A stretch of DNA of 64,000 bases from Alphaproteobacteria bacterium (lineage in GTDB: Bacteria > Pseudomonadota > Alphaproteobacteria > UBA2966): contig OZ219856.1 in the NCBI GenBank assembly GCA_964291395.2, positions 1,952,001 through 2,016,000 on the forward strand, written 5' to 3'. Below the pieces are notes generated by a model that was given only the letters and a program-made list of their open reading frames with translations, made no database searches and was not told where the DNA came from. A program made the translations under genes and the position numbers. This document shows, piece by piece, positions 47,028 to 58,635 of this stretch (position 1 is the stretch's first letter; every line of letters starts with the position of its first letter).

Positions 47028-48506
47028 CTATTCGGCACCCACTTCGGCACCGGTGGTGCGTCCCGCCTTCGGATGGGTGGAGGCACCTCCGAACCAGTCC
47101 CGAACGCGCTGGCGGAAACGGCGCCAGCGTCCCTGTCGCAATGACTTGTGGAGCTCCATGAAGTAGTACATGTGCTCCTCTTCGATGTGATGACGTGGTG
47201 ATTCCTTGTAGTACTTCTTGATGAAGGCCTTCTTCTCTTCGATATCCCTCAGCATTTCGTCGCGAGTCGGGAGCACGGCGTTGCCCAGGATGAACTCCCG
47301 AATCCAGCGGGATTGCTCCTCATAATTCCAGTTGAGCGCCGTCGTCGACATGATCATGCCGATCAGGAAAAGCCCCGGCCAGTCGACGGGAACGATACGC
47401 TTATAGAGCTCCACGTTGTTGTCGACGATGGGGACGAGATCCGGGGAAAGGAACGGCAGGTCGATGAGATAGCCCGTGCAGGCCATCAGGACGTCGAATT
47501 CCTCGGACGAGCCGTCCACGAAGTGGATGGTCTTGCCATCGATCTTCTCGATTCCCTGTTTCACGATCACCCGGTTATAGGCGACATCCTGCATGATCGT
47601 GGCGCTGGTCGTGGGGTGCGCCCGCCGGGTAAGCGGCTTGAAGCCATAGTCCTCCATGTCGCCGTGCACGAGCCTGACCATGAATGCGATGATCTTGCGG
47701 CGGAGTCCGTCCGGGATCCATGGCTTGAACAGCCTCATGGAGATATCCGTGACGGGAAACCCGAAGATCAGCTTGGGCGCGATCATCACGCCCGAGCGCG
47801 CCACCATGACGCAACGCTCGGTAATCACGCACATGTCGCTGGCAATATCGACAGCCGAGTTTCCGACGCCCACGACGCAGATACGCTTGCCCTTAAAGGC
47901 TTCCGGCGTACGGTAATAGTGCGAGTGCATGTACTCGCCCTTGAATCCGTTTTGGAATTCGGGAACGTGGAGCGGCTTGGTCAGGTGCCCCGTAGCGACG
48001 CACACCGTGTCGAAAACCCAATTCTGGCCGTCGACCGTTTCGATCTCCCAGCGGGGCTCTTCCCGGCCGGGGGCGAACGATGGCTTGACGCTCGTTACCT
48101 CGGACCGAAACCGAATCCGTCCCTTCACACCGAAGTGCTCGGCATACGCGTCCAGATATTCGTGCATATCCCAGTGGCTGGGAAAACGTTGCACGGTGTC
48201 CTTGAACTTGAAGTCGCTGTAGTTCGTAAGGTTCTTCGCAGTATTGATGTGCAAGGTCTTGTAAGCGGACGAACGGCCGCTGTCGTTCTCGTAAACCCAC
48301 ATGCCGCCGATCTTGGTACCGATCTCGAACACCGTGACCTCAAGGCCCACTTCGAGGAGGTATTTGGCGAGACAAATGCCGGACGCGCCCGCGCCGATGA
48401 TCGCGATCGACTTCTCGTAGGGATCTTTCTCACGGCTTAGCGCCCACCCGGGATCACCGAGGCTCTCCGGTGCTTCCGCCCGTTCGATGGTGGTCGTCTC
48501 ACTCAT
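47028..48506 (-). CDS. Flavin-containing monooxygenase (class B), paralog 2
   Basis: GAGASG, FKGEYMHSHYYR (FxGxxxHxxxY fingerprint) and GVGNSA motifs. Confidence 0.92.
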   Translation of the reverse strand: MSETTTIERAEAPESLGDPGWALSREKDPYEKSIAIIGAGASGICLAKYLLEVGLEVTVFEIGTKIGGMWVYENDSGRSSAYKTLHINTAKNLTNYSDFKFKDTVQRFPSHWDMHEYLDAYAEHFGVKGRIRFRSEVTSVKPSFAPGREEPRWEIETVDGQNWVFDTVCVATGHLTKPLHVPEFQNGFKGEYMHSHYYRTPEAFKGKRICVVGVGNSAVDIASDMCVITERCVMVARSGVMIAPKLIFGFPVTDISMRLFKPWIPDGLRRKIIAFMVRLVHGDMEDYGFKPLTRRAHPTTSATIMQDVAYNRVIVKQGIEKIDGKTIHFVDGSSEEFDVLMACTGYLIDLPFLSPDLVPIVDNNVELYKRIVPVDWPGLFLIGMIMSTTALNWNYEEQSRWIREFILGNAVLPTRDEMLRDIEEKKAFIKKYYKESPRHHIEEEHMYYFMELHKSLRQGRWRRFRQRVRDWFGGASTHPKAGRTTGAEVGAE

Positions 48507-48548
48507 GGGCTCCGGTCCGTCCCGCCATCAAGTCAAGCCGCTGCCCAA

Positions 48549-49931
48549 TCATGCCGCGCGTGGCGCGAGCCGTTGCCTGCGGGCGACGGCCTCCCGTAAC
48601 GACTTCTTCAATGCCGGGAAGTAACGCAGATGCTCTTCCTCGATGGCGTGCCGAAGGGTGGCCTTGTAGTTGGTCCGGATGAATTCATCCTGGGCTTCGA
48701 TGTCCACATACATCTCGTCGCGCGAGGGAAGGACGGCGTTGCCGAGAATGAACTCGCGCACCCACTTGGTCTGATGCTCGTAGTTCACATTAAGGGCCGT
48801 CGTGACATTTGTCATACCGATGAAGTAAAGACCGGGCCAATCCGGCGGCACGATTCGCTTGTAGAGCTTCACGCTATTGTTCTCGACGGGCACGATGTCC
48901 CGTGACAGAAACGGCAATTCGATGAGATAGCCGGTCGCCGCGATCAATACATCGAACTCCTCAACCGTGCCGTCGGAGAAGTGCAAGGTTTTTCCCTCCA
49001 CCTTGTCGATCCCCTGCTTCACGAAGATCCGGTCGTAGGCGATGTCGTTCACCACCGTTGCGCTGCTCGTCGGGTGAACCTTCTGGGTGATCGGCGGCAG
49101 GCCCAGCTTCTTCATGTCGCCGTGCACGCACCAGATGAGAAACTTGAGCGCCCTGCTGCGGAACCATTCCGGGACCCAACCCTTCATGAACCATTCGGTG
49201 ATGTCGGTGAAGGCGACGCCGAACAAGAGCTTTGGCGCGATCCAGACGCCCGTGCGGGCAACCAGGACGCAGCGTTTGGCGTAGACACAGACATCGCTGA
49301 CGATGTCGCAGGCCGAATTGCCGATACCCACGACGCAGATCCGCCTGCCGATGAACGGCTCCGGCTCCTTGTAGTCATGGGAATGGACGTAATCGCCCTG
49401 AAAATCGTCCTGAAATTCGGAGACGTGCATCGGCCTCGTGAGATGGCCAGTGCAGACGCAGACGCTGTTGAAAACCCGCTTGCGGCCGTCGACGGTCTCT
49501 AGTTCCCACTTCGGGTCTTCGGTGCCCGGCTCGAACAGCGGCGTCACCGCCTTGATCTCGGATTTGAACTCGATCCGCTCCATGACGCCGAAATGCCCGG
49601 CGTACTCCTCAAGGTAGGCGTGCATCTCCCAATGGCTGGGAAACCGCTGCACTTCGTCGCGGAACTTAAAATCGCTGAAGTTGGTCAGGTTCTTGGCGGT
49701 GTTGATGTGGAGCGTTCGGTAGGCCGACGACCGGCCGCTATCGTTCTTGTAGCACCACAGACCGCCGACCTGCGTGCCGATCTCGTAGACCGTGACGTCG
49801 AGGCCCGCTTCGATCAGATGCTTCGCCATGCAAAGTCCCGAGGCGCCGGCACCGATCACCGCAACCGTCTCGGCAGGCTTGGGAACCGACGGACCGACCG
49901 GAGTCGTCTTCATCGCGGCCGACTCGCTCAT
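48549..49931 (-). CDS. Flavin-containing monooxygenase (class B), paralog 1
   Basis: GAGASG, FQGDYVHSHDYK, GIGNSA and ATGY motifs. Confidence 0.92.
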   Translation of the reverse strand: MSESAAMKTTPVGPSVPKPAETVAVIGAGASGLCMAKHLIEAGLDVTVYEIGTQVGGLWCYKNDSGRSSAYRTLHINTAKNLTNFSDFKFRDEVQRFPSHWEMHAYLEEYAGHFGVMERIEFKSEIKAVTPLFEPGTEDPKWELETVDGRKRVFNSVCVCTGHLTRPMHVSEFQDDFQGDYVHSHDYKEPEPFIGRRICVVGIGNSACDIVSDVCVYAKRCVLVARTGVWIAPKLLFGVAFTDITEWFMKGWVPEWFRSRALKFLIWCVHGDMKKLGLPPITQKVHPTSSATVVNDIAYDRIFVKQGIDKVEGKTLHFSDGTVEEFDVLIAATGYLIELPFLSRDIVPVENNSVKLYKRIVPPDWPGLYFIGMTNVTTALNVNYEHQTKWVREFILGNAVLPSRDEMYVDIEAQDEFIRTNYKATLRHAIEEEHLRYFPALKKSLREAVARRQRLAPRAA

Positions 49932-50425
49932 GCCATCTCCTCAATCATCCCATCACCGCACGTGTCCATGTGAAGCACGCACCCTTCATGAAGCTTCGAG
50001 CGGCGCCCCACCCGCCAACCGTCACCCACCCACGTGCAAACAACGGGAATCCCCACAGTCAGGGATATGCGCAAAGATATTGCCGTATTGCACTTTGACT
50101 GTCGAGGCGACGAACCAAACGTCGACACAAACCTCGAGCCGGAACCCTTCCGCGCGGATGCGCGTGCTACACTTGGGGATGGACATGGACCTGATCGCTG
50201 CCACGAGCGGCCTCGCAGCGCTCATGATCGGCTCAGGTCGCCCCTTCCTTCAGCTGCGCTCAAATCGTCCGGCAAAAGGCATGTCGGGTTCTCCGCGTAA
50301 GCGGTGCCGTGAGCAGCATGCCTTCCGAGCCCTTCGCGGCGCTCCATTCAACGGGCTGCCGACATCAACCGCACGCCGATGCGGCGGGCGAGGGCGAACC
50401 GCACTCAAAACTAAAGAGAACCATC

Positions 50426-51430
50426 ATGAATGACGGCACCAACCTCCGGGTGGCTTTTGCCGGGGCAGGTCTGATGAGTCAGTTCCACCTCAACGGTTGG
50501 TCGGAGGTGGACGCGGATATCGTCGCCATCTGCGATCCCGTCGCCGAAAAGGCCGAGCGGCGGGCGAACGAATACGGCATCCCGGCCGTTTACACGGAAT
50601 TCGCCCGGATGCTGGAAGATGCCCGGCCCGATGCGGTAGATATCGCGACGCCGGTCGATACCCACGCCGATCTGGTCCGTATCGCGGCCGATCATGGAGT
50701 TCACGCCTGCTCCCAAAAACCCGTGACGCCGACCGTCGCGGAAGCCGAAGCCTTGATCGCAGATGTCGGCGATGCCATCCGCTTCATGGTCCACGAGAAT
50801 TTTCGTTGGCGGCCCCACTACCTGCAGATGGGGGAGTGGTTGCGCGAGGGCCGCATCGGACAGATCACTCACGCACGGATGACGGTCCGCAGCCCCGGGC
50901 TCGCGCCGTCCCCCGACGGGTCGACGCCACCGGACCTCATCCGCCAACCCTACCTGGCGACGTTCAAGCGCCTCATTACGTTCGAGCTGCTGATCCATCA
51001 ACTCGACGTCTTGCGCTCATTGCTCGGCGAGTTCGAGGTGGTGTCGGTGGAGATGGACCGGGTCAACAAGAATCTGGTCGGCGAAGACGTCGCGATCATC
51101 GTCATGCGGGGAGAGAACGGCGTGACGGCGGTGGTCGACGGCAGCATGTCGGCGCCGGGATACCCCGCCAGGCCCAGCGATCGCCTGGAACTGATCGGCA
51201 CCAAGGACACCATGGTCTTCGACCGCGACAAGCTGTACCTCGTCGGCGACGACGCACCGCCCGCGGAACACGATCTCGCGGTAAACTTCCAAGCCTGTTT
51301 TACCAACGCGATTCGGGATTTCGCGAACGGAGTGCGCACGGGCGAGCCGTTCTGGACCGACCGGCTGGACAATCTCAAGTCATTGCGGCTGATGGAGCGC
51401 TGTTACGAGGTCGCCGGCATCGCTCCATGA
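50426..51430 (+). CDS. Gfo/Idh/MocA family oxidoreductase
   Basis: GAGLMS, DIATP..H, QKP, HENFRW and IHQLD motifs. Confidence 0.9.
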   Translation: MNDGTNLRVAFAGAGLMSQFHLNGWSEVDADIVAICDPVAEKAERRANEYGIPAVYTEFARMLEDARPDAVDIATPVDTHADLVRIAADHGVHACSQKPVTPTVAEAEALIADVGDAIRFMVHENFRWRPHYLQMGEWLREGRIGQITHARMTVRSPGLAPSPDGSTPPDLIRQPYLATFKRLITFELLIHQLDVLRSLLGEFEVVSVEMDRVNKNLVGEDVAIIVMRGENGVTAVVDGSMSAPGYPARPSDRLELIGTKDTMVFDRDKLYLVGDDAPPAEHDLAVNFQACFTNAIRDFANGVRTGEPFWTDRLDNLKSLRLMERCYEVAGIAP

Positions 51431-51461
51431 CTCGTCGTGTGCCTCACCGCCGGAACCAGCG

Positions 51462-52997
51462 CTAACCGAAGTCGGACCTGAGGCGCGTCTGTGCCGCGTC
51501 CAGGAACCGGCACAAAAGCGGGCGCGTGGCGCGCGGATCGATGACGTCTTCGACGGCGAAAGCCTGAGCAGTGAGAAATGGCGAAGCCAGTTCGCGGAAC
51601 TCTTCCTCCAGTTCAGCCTCCCGCTCCCTCGGGTCGGGCGCGGCCGCGATTTCTCGCCGGAAGGCCACGGCGACGCCCCCTTCGATCGGCAGCGAACCCC
51701 ACTCGGCGGACGGCCAGGCAACCTGGAAGTCCACGCCGTTCTTGTCGAACGGCACGGTGCCCGCGATGCCATAGCATTTGCGCACGATCACCGTGAGCAC
51801 CGGCACCCGTGCCTTCAGCAAGGCTGCCATGCTCTCGACGCCGTCACGGATCATCCCTCCCTCTTCCGCCTTGCGACCCACCAGGAAGCCCGGCGTGTCG
51901 ACGAAGAAGACGATGGGAATATGGAAGGTGTCGCAGAGCTTGATGAACTTGGTTTGCTTACGGGCGGACTTGGGATCGACGGCGCCCCCGTAGTAGGCAG
52001 GGTTGTGAGCGATGACCCCCACGGGGCGGCCCGAGAAGCGGGCGAGGAACGTAAAGACGGCACGGCCGAAGGTCGGCTGGATCTCGAATCCTGAGTCCCG
52101 GTCGATGACCAGCTCGACGAGACGGCGCATGTCGTAGGGCCGCCGCCTTTCCCGCGGAACGATCGACAGAAGCTCTTCCTCCGAGCGATCCGCGGGATCG
52201 TCATTGGCAACCTTCGGCGGAAGCTCGTGCACGTTCTGCGGCATGTAACCGAGGAACCGGCGGATCTGCTCGAAACTCTCGTCCTCGCTGTCGACGGCGT
52301 TGTCGACCGTGCCCGCGATATCGACCGCCACCTTGTAGCCCCCGAGGCTCTCTTTATCGATGTCCTCGCCGAGACCGCGTTCCGCGATCGAGGGACCCGC
52401 CACGAAGACGTGGCTGGTGCCCTTAACCATGACGGAGAAGTGGGTCAGCACTGCGCGTGCGGCGGGGCCACCGGCAGCCGAGCCTAGAACGGCGCCGATG
52501 ACCGGCACCGTGTCCATGAGATCGACGTTGCGCTCGAAGCCGTGCGATCCGGGGAGTACCGAGTACCCCCGCCGCTTGGCCGACGTGACCGACCCGCCGG
52601 CGCCATCCAGAAGGTTGATCAGAGGAATACGGTATTCATAGGCGAGATCTTCGACGAAGCCGCTCTGGCCGCCCTTGGAGCGGGCGCCGCTCCAGCTCGC
52701 GCCGCCCCGAATGGTGAAATCCTCGCCGCCGATGCAGACCTCGCGGCCGTCGACCCGCGCCAAACCCATGACGTAGGGTGCAGGCACAACCTTCTTGAGC
52801 TCTCCCTCCTCGTAGACGGCGTTTCCGGCGAGCTTGCCTACCTCGTGGAACGACCCGGGATCGGTCAGGCGGGCGATACGCTCGCGGACCGTCCGCCGTC
52901 CCTGGTTGTGCAGACGATCGATGTTTTCGCGGCCGCCGAGCTCCTCCGCCCACGCATGACGCCGATTGAGTTCCTCGACCTCGCGCTCCCAACTCAC
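51462..52997 (-). CDS. Acyl-CoA carboxylase, carboxyltransferase subunit
   Basis: TVRERI, DFTIRGG, VDTPGF and DVIDPRATR motifs; start inferred at GTG 52997. Confidence 0.9.
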   Translation of the reverse strand: MSWEREVEELNRRHAWAEELGGRENIDRLHNQGRRTVRERIARLTDPGSFHEVGKLAGNAVYEEGELKKVVPAPYVMGLARVDGREVCIGGEDFTIRGGASWSGARSKGGQSGFVEDLAYEYRIPLINLLDGAGGSVTSAKRRGYSVLPGSHGFERNVDLMDTVPVIGAVLGSAAGGPAARAVLTHFSVMVKGTSHVFVAGPSIAERGLGEDIDKESLGGYKVAVDIAGTVDNAVDSEDESFEQIRRFLGYMPQNVHELPPKVANDDPADRSEEELLSIVPRERRRPYDMRRLVELVIDRDSGFEIQPTFGRAVFTFLARFSGRPVGVIAHNPAYYGGAVDPKSARKQTKFIKLCDTFHIPIVFFVDTPGFLVGRKAEEGGMIRDGVESMAALLKARVPVLTVIVRKCYGIAGTVPFDKNGVDFQVAWPSAEWGSLPIEGGVAVAFRREIAAAPDPREREAELEEEFRELASPFLTAQAFAVEDVIDPRATRPLLCRFLDAAQTRLRSDFG

Positions 52998-53200
52998 GAG
53001 CACCGCTCCCGCTGAATTTTCATCGTCCGGGACAGGCCATGCCCCGACCGAATCACGATGTCGCGGTCGACCAACCCTGTCAACTTGCGTGCCGGATGCC
53101 GAGTGCGGCAGTCTTCGAAGCAATCCTGATCGGATTCGCTTGAACGGGCCCCGGCCTACCGCGCGACGGGTGAGTGTCGCGCTGGCGATGGAGAAATCGA

Positions 53201-53860
53201 ATGACGTTGAAGCTGCGCTACAACCCGATGTCGCCGTACATCCGCAAAGTCGTCGTGATGATCAGCGAAACGGGCCTGGAGGACCGGGTCCAACGGGTAC
53301 TCACCCATCCGTGGACCGAGAACACCGACATCGGCACCGTCAACCCGCTGGGCAAGGTGCCGGCGCTCGAACTCGAAGATGGGACGAGCCTCTATGACAG
53401 CTTCGTCATCTGCGACTATCTCGACAGCTTGCATGACGGACCGAAGATGATTCCGGCGTCGGGGATGGAGCGCTGGATCGTTCTCCGGCGACACGCGCTC
53501 GGTCTCGGCATAACGGACGCCGCGGCACTTCATTTGTTCGAGCATCGGCGCCAAGCTGGCCAGCGGTCCCCCGGCTGGATCGAGCGCCAGTGGCGGGCGG
53601 TCACGCGGGGACTGGACCAAGTGGAACGCGAAGTCGATGACTTCGACGAACGGCTCGACCTCGGCCAGATCGGCATCGCTTGCGCCATCGGCATCATTGA
53701 CTTCCGCAATCCCGATTGCGGCTGGCGCGAAACCCGACCGAACCTGTCCGCCTGGTGGGACCGGCTGATGAAACGGCCCTCGTTTGCCGACACCGTGCCA
53801 TACGACTGGGTGCCCGCAGACCATGGCGGTCTCAACGTCTGGATCGACAAGGTCGCCTGA
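53201..53860 (+). CDS. Glutathione S-transferase family protein
   Basis: SPYIRKV, NPLGKVPAL, YDSFVICDYL and RPSFADTVP motifs. Confidence 0.92.
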   Translation: MTLKLRYNPMSPYIRKVVVMISETGLEDRVQRVLTHPWTENTDIGTVNPLGKVPALELEDGTSLYDSFVICDYLDSLHDGPKMIPASGMERWIVLRRHALGLGITDAAALHLFEHRRQAGQRSPGWIERQWRAVTRGLDQVEREVDDFDERLDLGQIGIACAIGIIDFRNPDCGWRETRPNLSAWWDRLMKRPSFADTVPYDWVPADHGGLNVWIDKVA

Positions 53861-53869
53861 GATCGAATC

Positions 53870-54859
53870 GTGCTGAATACCGCCATCATCGGCCTCGGGC
53901 GCTGGGGTCAACGCTTGGTCGACTCGGTGCAGGACGCGGGATGCCCTAAAGGGGATTTGATCCGGTTCACCCGCGCCGTAACCCGCACGCCCGCAAAGGC
54001 CACGGACTTCGCGGAACGTCACGGCATGCAGCTGGGCAGCCACTATGCGGCGGCACTGGCGGACCCCGCGATCGCCGCCGTGGCGATCGCCACGCCGCAC
54101 ACACAGCATGCGGAACAGATCGAACTGGCCGCGGCGGCGGGGAAACACGTTTTCGTGGAGAAACCGTTTACGCTCACGGCCGAGAGCGCGCGGCAATCCG
54201 TTGCGGCGTGCGACACGGCGGACGTGGTTCTGGCGCTCGGTCACAACCGACGTTTCTTCCCGTCCATGTTCGCGCTGAAGGAGATGATCGAGTCGGGCGA
54301 ACTCGGCCGGGTGTTGCATCTCGAGGGCCAGTTCTCGTCGTCGTACGGTCTCGAGCTGACACCGGAAATCTGGCGCTCCGAGAGCGCTGAAAGCCCGGCG
54401 GGCGGCATGACGTCACTCGGCATCCACTGCATCGACGCCTTCATTCACCTCAACGGTCCCATCTCTCGGGTCCAGGCCCGTAGCCTCAAACAGGCATTGA
54501 CGGTCGAGTCGAACGATACGACGGCGATGCTGCTGTGTTTCGCCAACGGGACCACCGGCCTGCTCGGCACGCTGACAGCCACCGCGCGCCTGTTCCGCCT
54601 CCAGGTATTCGGTACCAAGGGCTGGGCGCGTATCGACGAAGACGGGTCGATGACCGTGCGTGGGGTCGACAAGTGTCCGGAAACGCGCGAATTCGAGAAG
54701 CGCGACACATGCCGGTCGGAGCTCGAAGCTTTCGCCATCGCGGTCGCGGGTGGCGACCCCTACCCGCTGCCGACCGATCAGGCGATCCACGGCATCGCCG
54801 TCCTCGAGGCGATCGTCCAGTCGGCGGCCAACGACGGCGCGGCCGTCGATCTTGAGTAG
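53870..54859 (+). CDS. Gfo/Idh/MocA family oxidoreductase
   Basis: GLGRWG, ATPHTQH, EKP, GHNRRF and GIHCID motifs. Confidence 0.9.
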   Translation: MLNTAIIGLGRWGQRLVDSVQDAGCPKGDLIRFTRAVTRTPAKATDFAERHGMQLGSHYAAALADPAIAAVAIATPHTQHAEQIELAAAAGKHVFVEKPFTLTAESARQSVAACDTADVVLALGHNRRFFPSMFALKEMIESGELGRVLHLEGQFSSSYGLELTPEIWRSESAESPAGGMTSLGIHCIDAFIHLNGPISRVQARSLKQALTVESNDTTAMLLCFANGTTGLLGTLTATARLFRLQVFGTKGWARIDEDGSMTVRGVDKCPETREFEKRDTCRSELEAFAIAVAGGDPYPLPTDQAIHGIAVLEAIVQSAANDGAAVDLE

Positions 54860-54970
54860 ACGTAACCCGCTTGCACCCATCCCGGGCCCGTGAGACGATC
54901 GTTTCGCCCATCGGACCATGACGGCAGGCTCTGCGCTGCTGCCGGTCCGCTCGCTCCAAAAGGTGCCGTC

Positions 54971-55789
54971 ATGCGGAAGCCCCTCCTGACCCTCCTCCTC
55001 TCGATCGTCCTGGGATCCCTGGCGCCGGCCGCGCATGCCGCGCCTCAGGTTCTGGGCCTCATCGCCAGCGCGACCCCGGTGCCGTTGATCTGCCGCGGCG
55101 AAACCTGTTCCGCGGAACTCACCACGTTCTGCCTCCAGGAATGGCGGCCGACGCCTGAACTCGGCACCACTTACACGCCCTATGGCGGCGACGGCGTGAC
55201 CCTGGTCGGCCACCGGGCCGACGGGTCGGGCGCCACGCTTGATGCCGAGGACCTCGAGTTCGTGACGCTCGGCGGCTTCACGTCGATCTACGTGGAACTC
55301 CCCCGGCACATCCTTGACGAAGGCGGATTCGAATCGGCGAGTCTTGCCGTGGGACCCCTGGTGTCCTTGCTGCCCGTGCCCATCCCCGACGATCCCGACC
55401 CCCAGACGGAGCTCGATATCCAGATCGCTACCGGCCCCCTGCGTGAGGTCGGCGCGAAGATCCTGCACGAGGGAGACGAGCGCATCGCCGCGGCGGGCGT
55501 CATCAACCGGGTGATCATGCTCCTTCCCGATGCGAAAAAGGACACCTTGGCCGAGGCGGACGGCGGCTGGCGGCAGATCGCGGCGGAGCTCCCGCAGGTT
55601 CAAGATGACGCGCGGGTGAAGGAACTGGCCCAGCGCGAGTATGCAGCCTGCCACGCCGAAACCGGGTCCGCGCACATGAACCACCACTACCGCCTCTTAC
55701 GCATGGGCGACTGCCTATCGTCCCGCCACGACGTCCTGATACTGCCGAAGGCCGAGCAATATTGGGCAACGGTCGACGTGGGAAGCTGA
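54971..55789 (+). CDS. Hypothetical exported Cys-containing protein
   Basis: Signal peptide ending AHA-A; CRGETCSAELTTFCLQEWRP motif; coding-like codon usage. Confidence 0.7.
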   Translation: MRKPLLTLLLSIVLGSLAPAAHAAPQVLGLIASATPVPLICRGETCSAELTTFCLQEWRPTPELGTTYTPYGGDGVTLVGHRADGSGATLDAEDLEFVTLGGFTSIYVELPRHILDEGGFESASLAVGPLVSLLPVPIPDDPDPQTELDIQIATGPLREVGAKILHEGDERIAAAGVINRVIMLLPDAKKDTLAEADGGWRQIAAELPQVQDDARVKELAQREYAACHAETGSAHMNHHYRLLRMGDCLSSRHDVLILPKAEQYWATVDVGS

Positions 55790-55883
55790 TGCGGTTCCCG
55801 TCAAACCGGAACCGCTCTCCAGGCATTGCACGTAGCTTACCAGGCTGCCGCGAAGAATACGGCCCGAAAGGAGGGTGACCCCG

Positions 55884-56396
55884 ATGAGTCAGCAGGAATT
55901 TCTCCCCTACGCCGAGAACATGGAGGACTACAGCGCCAAACTTCGCGCCGCTCAGAACGACAGCCAGGCACCCCAATTCTTCAGGCTGACAGCGCGCCTG
56001 CCCGAGAAAGGCAACACCGACACCATTCTGGCCGCGACCAAGCGTTCGTGGGTCGTCATCAAGACCTACGCCGAGGGCGGTGAGAATGCGATCCATGCGC
56101 ACCCCAACGACGAGCATACGTTCGTCATTCTTCAGGGGCGGGCAGATTTCATCGGACCCAATGAGGAACGGCGGTCGTGCGAGAAGTATGAAGGCGTCAT
56201 CATGCCGGCCGGCACTTACTACCGCTTCGAATCAGTCGGCGATGAGCCGCTGGTCATGATACGCATGGGGTTCGTCATCGACCCGGAACAGGACCCTCTC
56301 GGGCGGGTCAAGGCCGACGGCTCGGACTTCGATGCCTACACCACCGAGAACAAGTCGGACACGGTGGTGCTGTCCGAAGCAGCTATCTTTCCCTAG
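55884..56396 (+). CDS. Cupin domain protein
   Basis: GGENAIHAHPNDEH...PAGTYY cupin motifs; AGGAGG RBS. Confidence 0.82.
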   Translation: MSQQEFLPYAENMEDYSAKLRAAQNDSQAPQFFRLTARLPEKGNTDTILAATKRSWVVIKTYAEGGENAIHAHPNDEHTFVILQGRADFIGPNEERRSCEKYEGVIMPAGTYYRFESVGDEPLVMIRMGFVIDPEQDPLGRVKADGSDFDAYTTENKSDTVVLSEAAIFP

Positions 56397-56498
56397 GTCG
56401 AGCCGGTCTTTCCACAAGATCCTCGTCGTCACCGCACCGTTCGGATCACCCAGCTGCCATAGACGGCCTGCGTTCGTACTTGACTAGAAAATGAACCC

Positions 56499-58127
<1,629 letters not shown>

Positions 58128-58277
58128 GACGCCCGATCCGCGCCAGGCAACGTCGCGACCGGATACCTGAGACGCCCGAGATCCCGGCGGGCTGCTTTGC
58201 CCTCCCTACGGCGGTTCAAGCTTACGTTCAACCGCCGTGGTAACGATACTCCATTGCAATCAAACAGAAGATTCAGA

Positions 58278-58495
58278 TGGTGAAGCAACCAGTCTTCTGC
58301 GAACTCGGCTCCGTAGCCAATTCCCAGTTTAACAGGGAGAATACAGGGAAATTTTCCCATTTGCAGGGATTCAGAAGCCTTTCCGTATTCGGAACATGGC
58401 AGAATCTCTAGTGTTTTCGGCTCAATTCCCTACACCCTGTTACAGAGAATCAATTCGAACGATCAGGGATTTATTTCGGGAGAACAGGGAAACCC
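58278..58495. repeat. AT-rich cluster of CAGGGA/TCCC(T)G motifs, probable mobile-element end remnant
   Basis: TTCCCAGTTTAACAGGGAGAATACAGGGAAATTTT...TTCCCTACACCCTGTTACAGAGAAT...ATCAGGGATTT...AACAGGGAAA. Confidence 0.55.
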
Positions 58496-58635
58496 GCTGG
58501 TTCACGGTGCGCAATTCGTAAGGGCGAACAGAATAGCCACGAGCGCCACTATGAGAGATATTCTCATACGAGTTTCCAGACGATGCCTCTGTCTGCCACG
58601 TAGTTGCTCTTCGAGGATTCGCAAGGCTTTCCCAG

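Noticed and set aside
49940-50420. Possible small ORF (MDMDLIAATSGLAALMIGSG...) in the FMO/Gfo divergent region
   Set aside because: Only a short hydrophobic stretch with no further support.
53810-53860. GST C-terminal extension ending in TGA as another recoding site
   Set aside because: The GST domain is already complete, the next gene starts 9 nt later, and no SECIS-like hairpin is evident.
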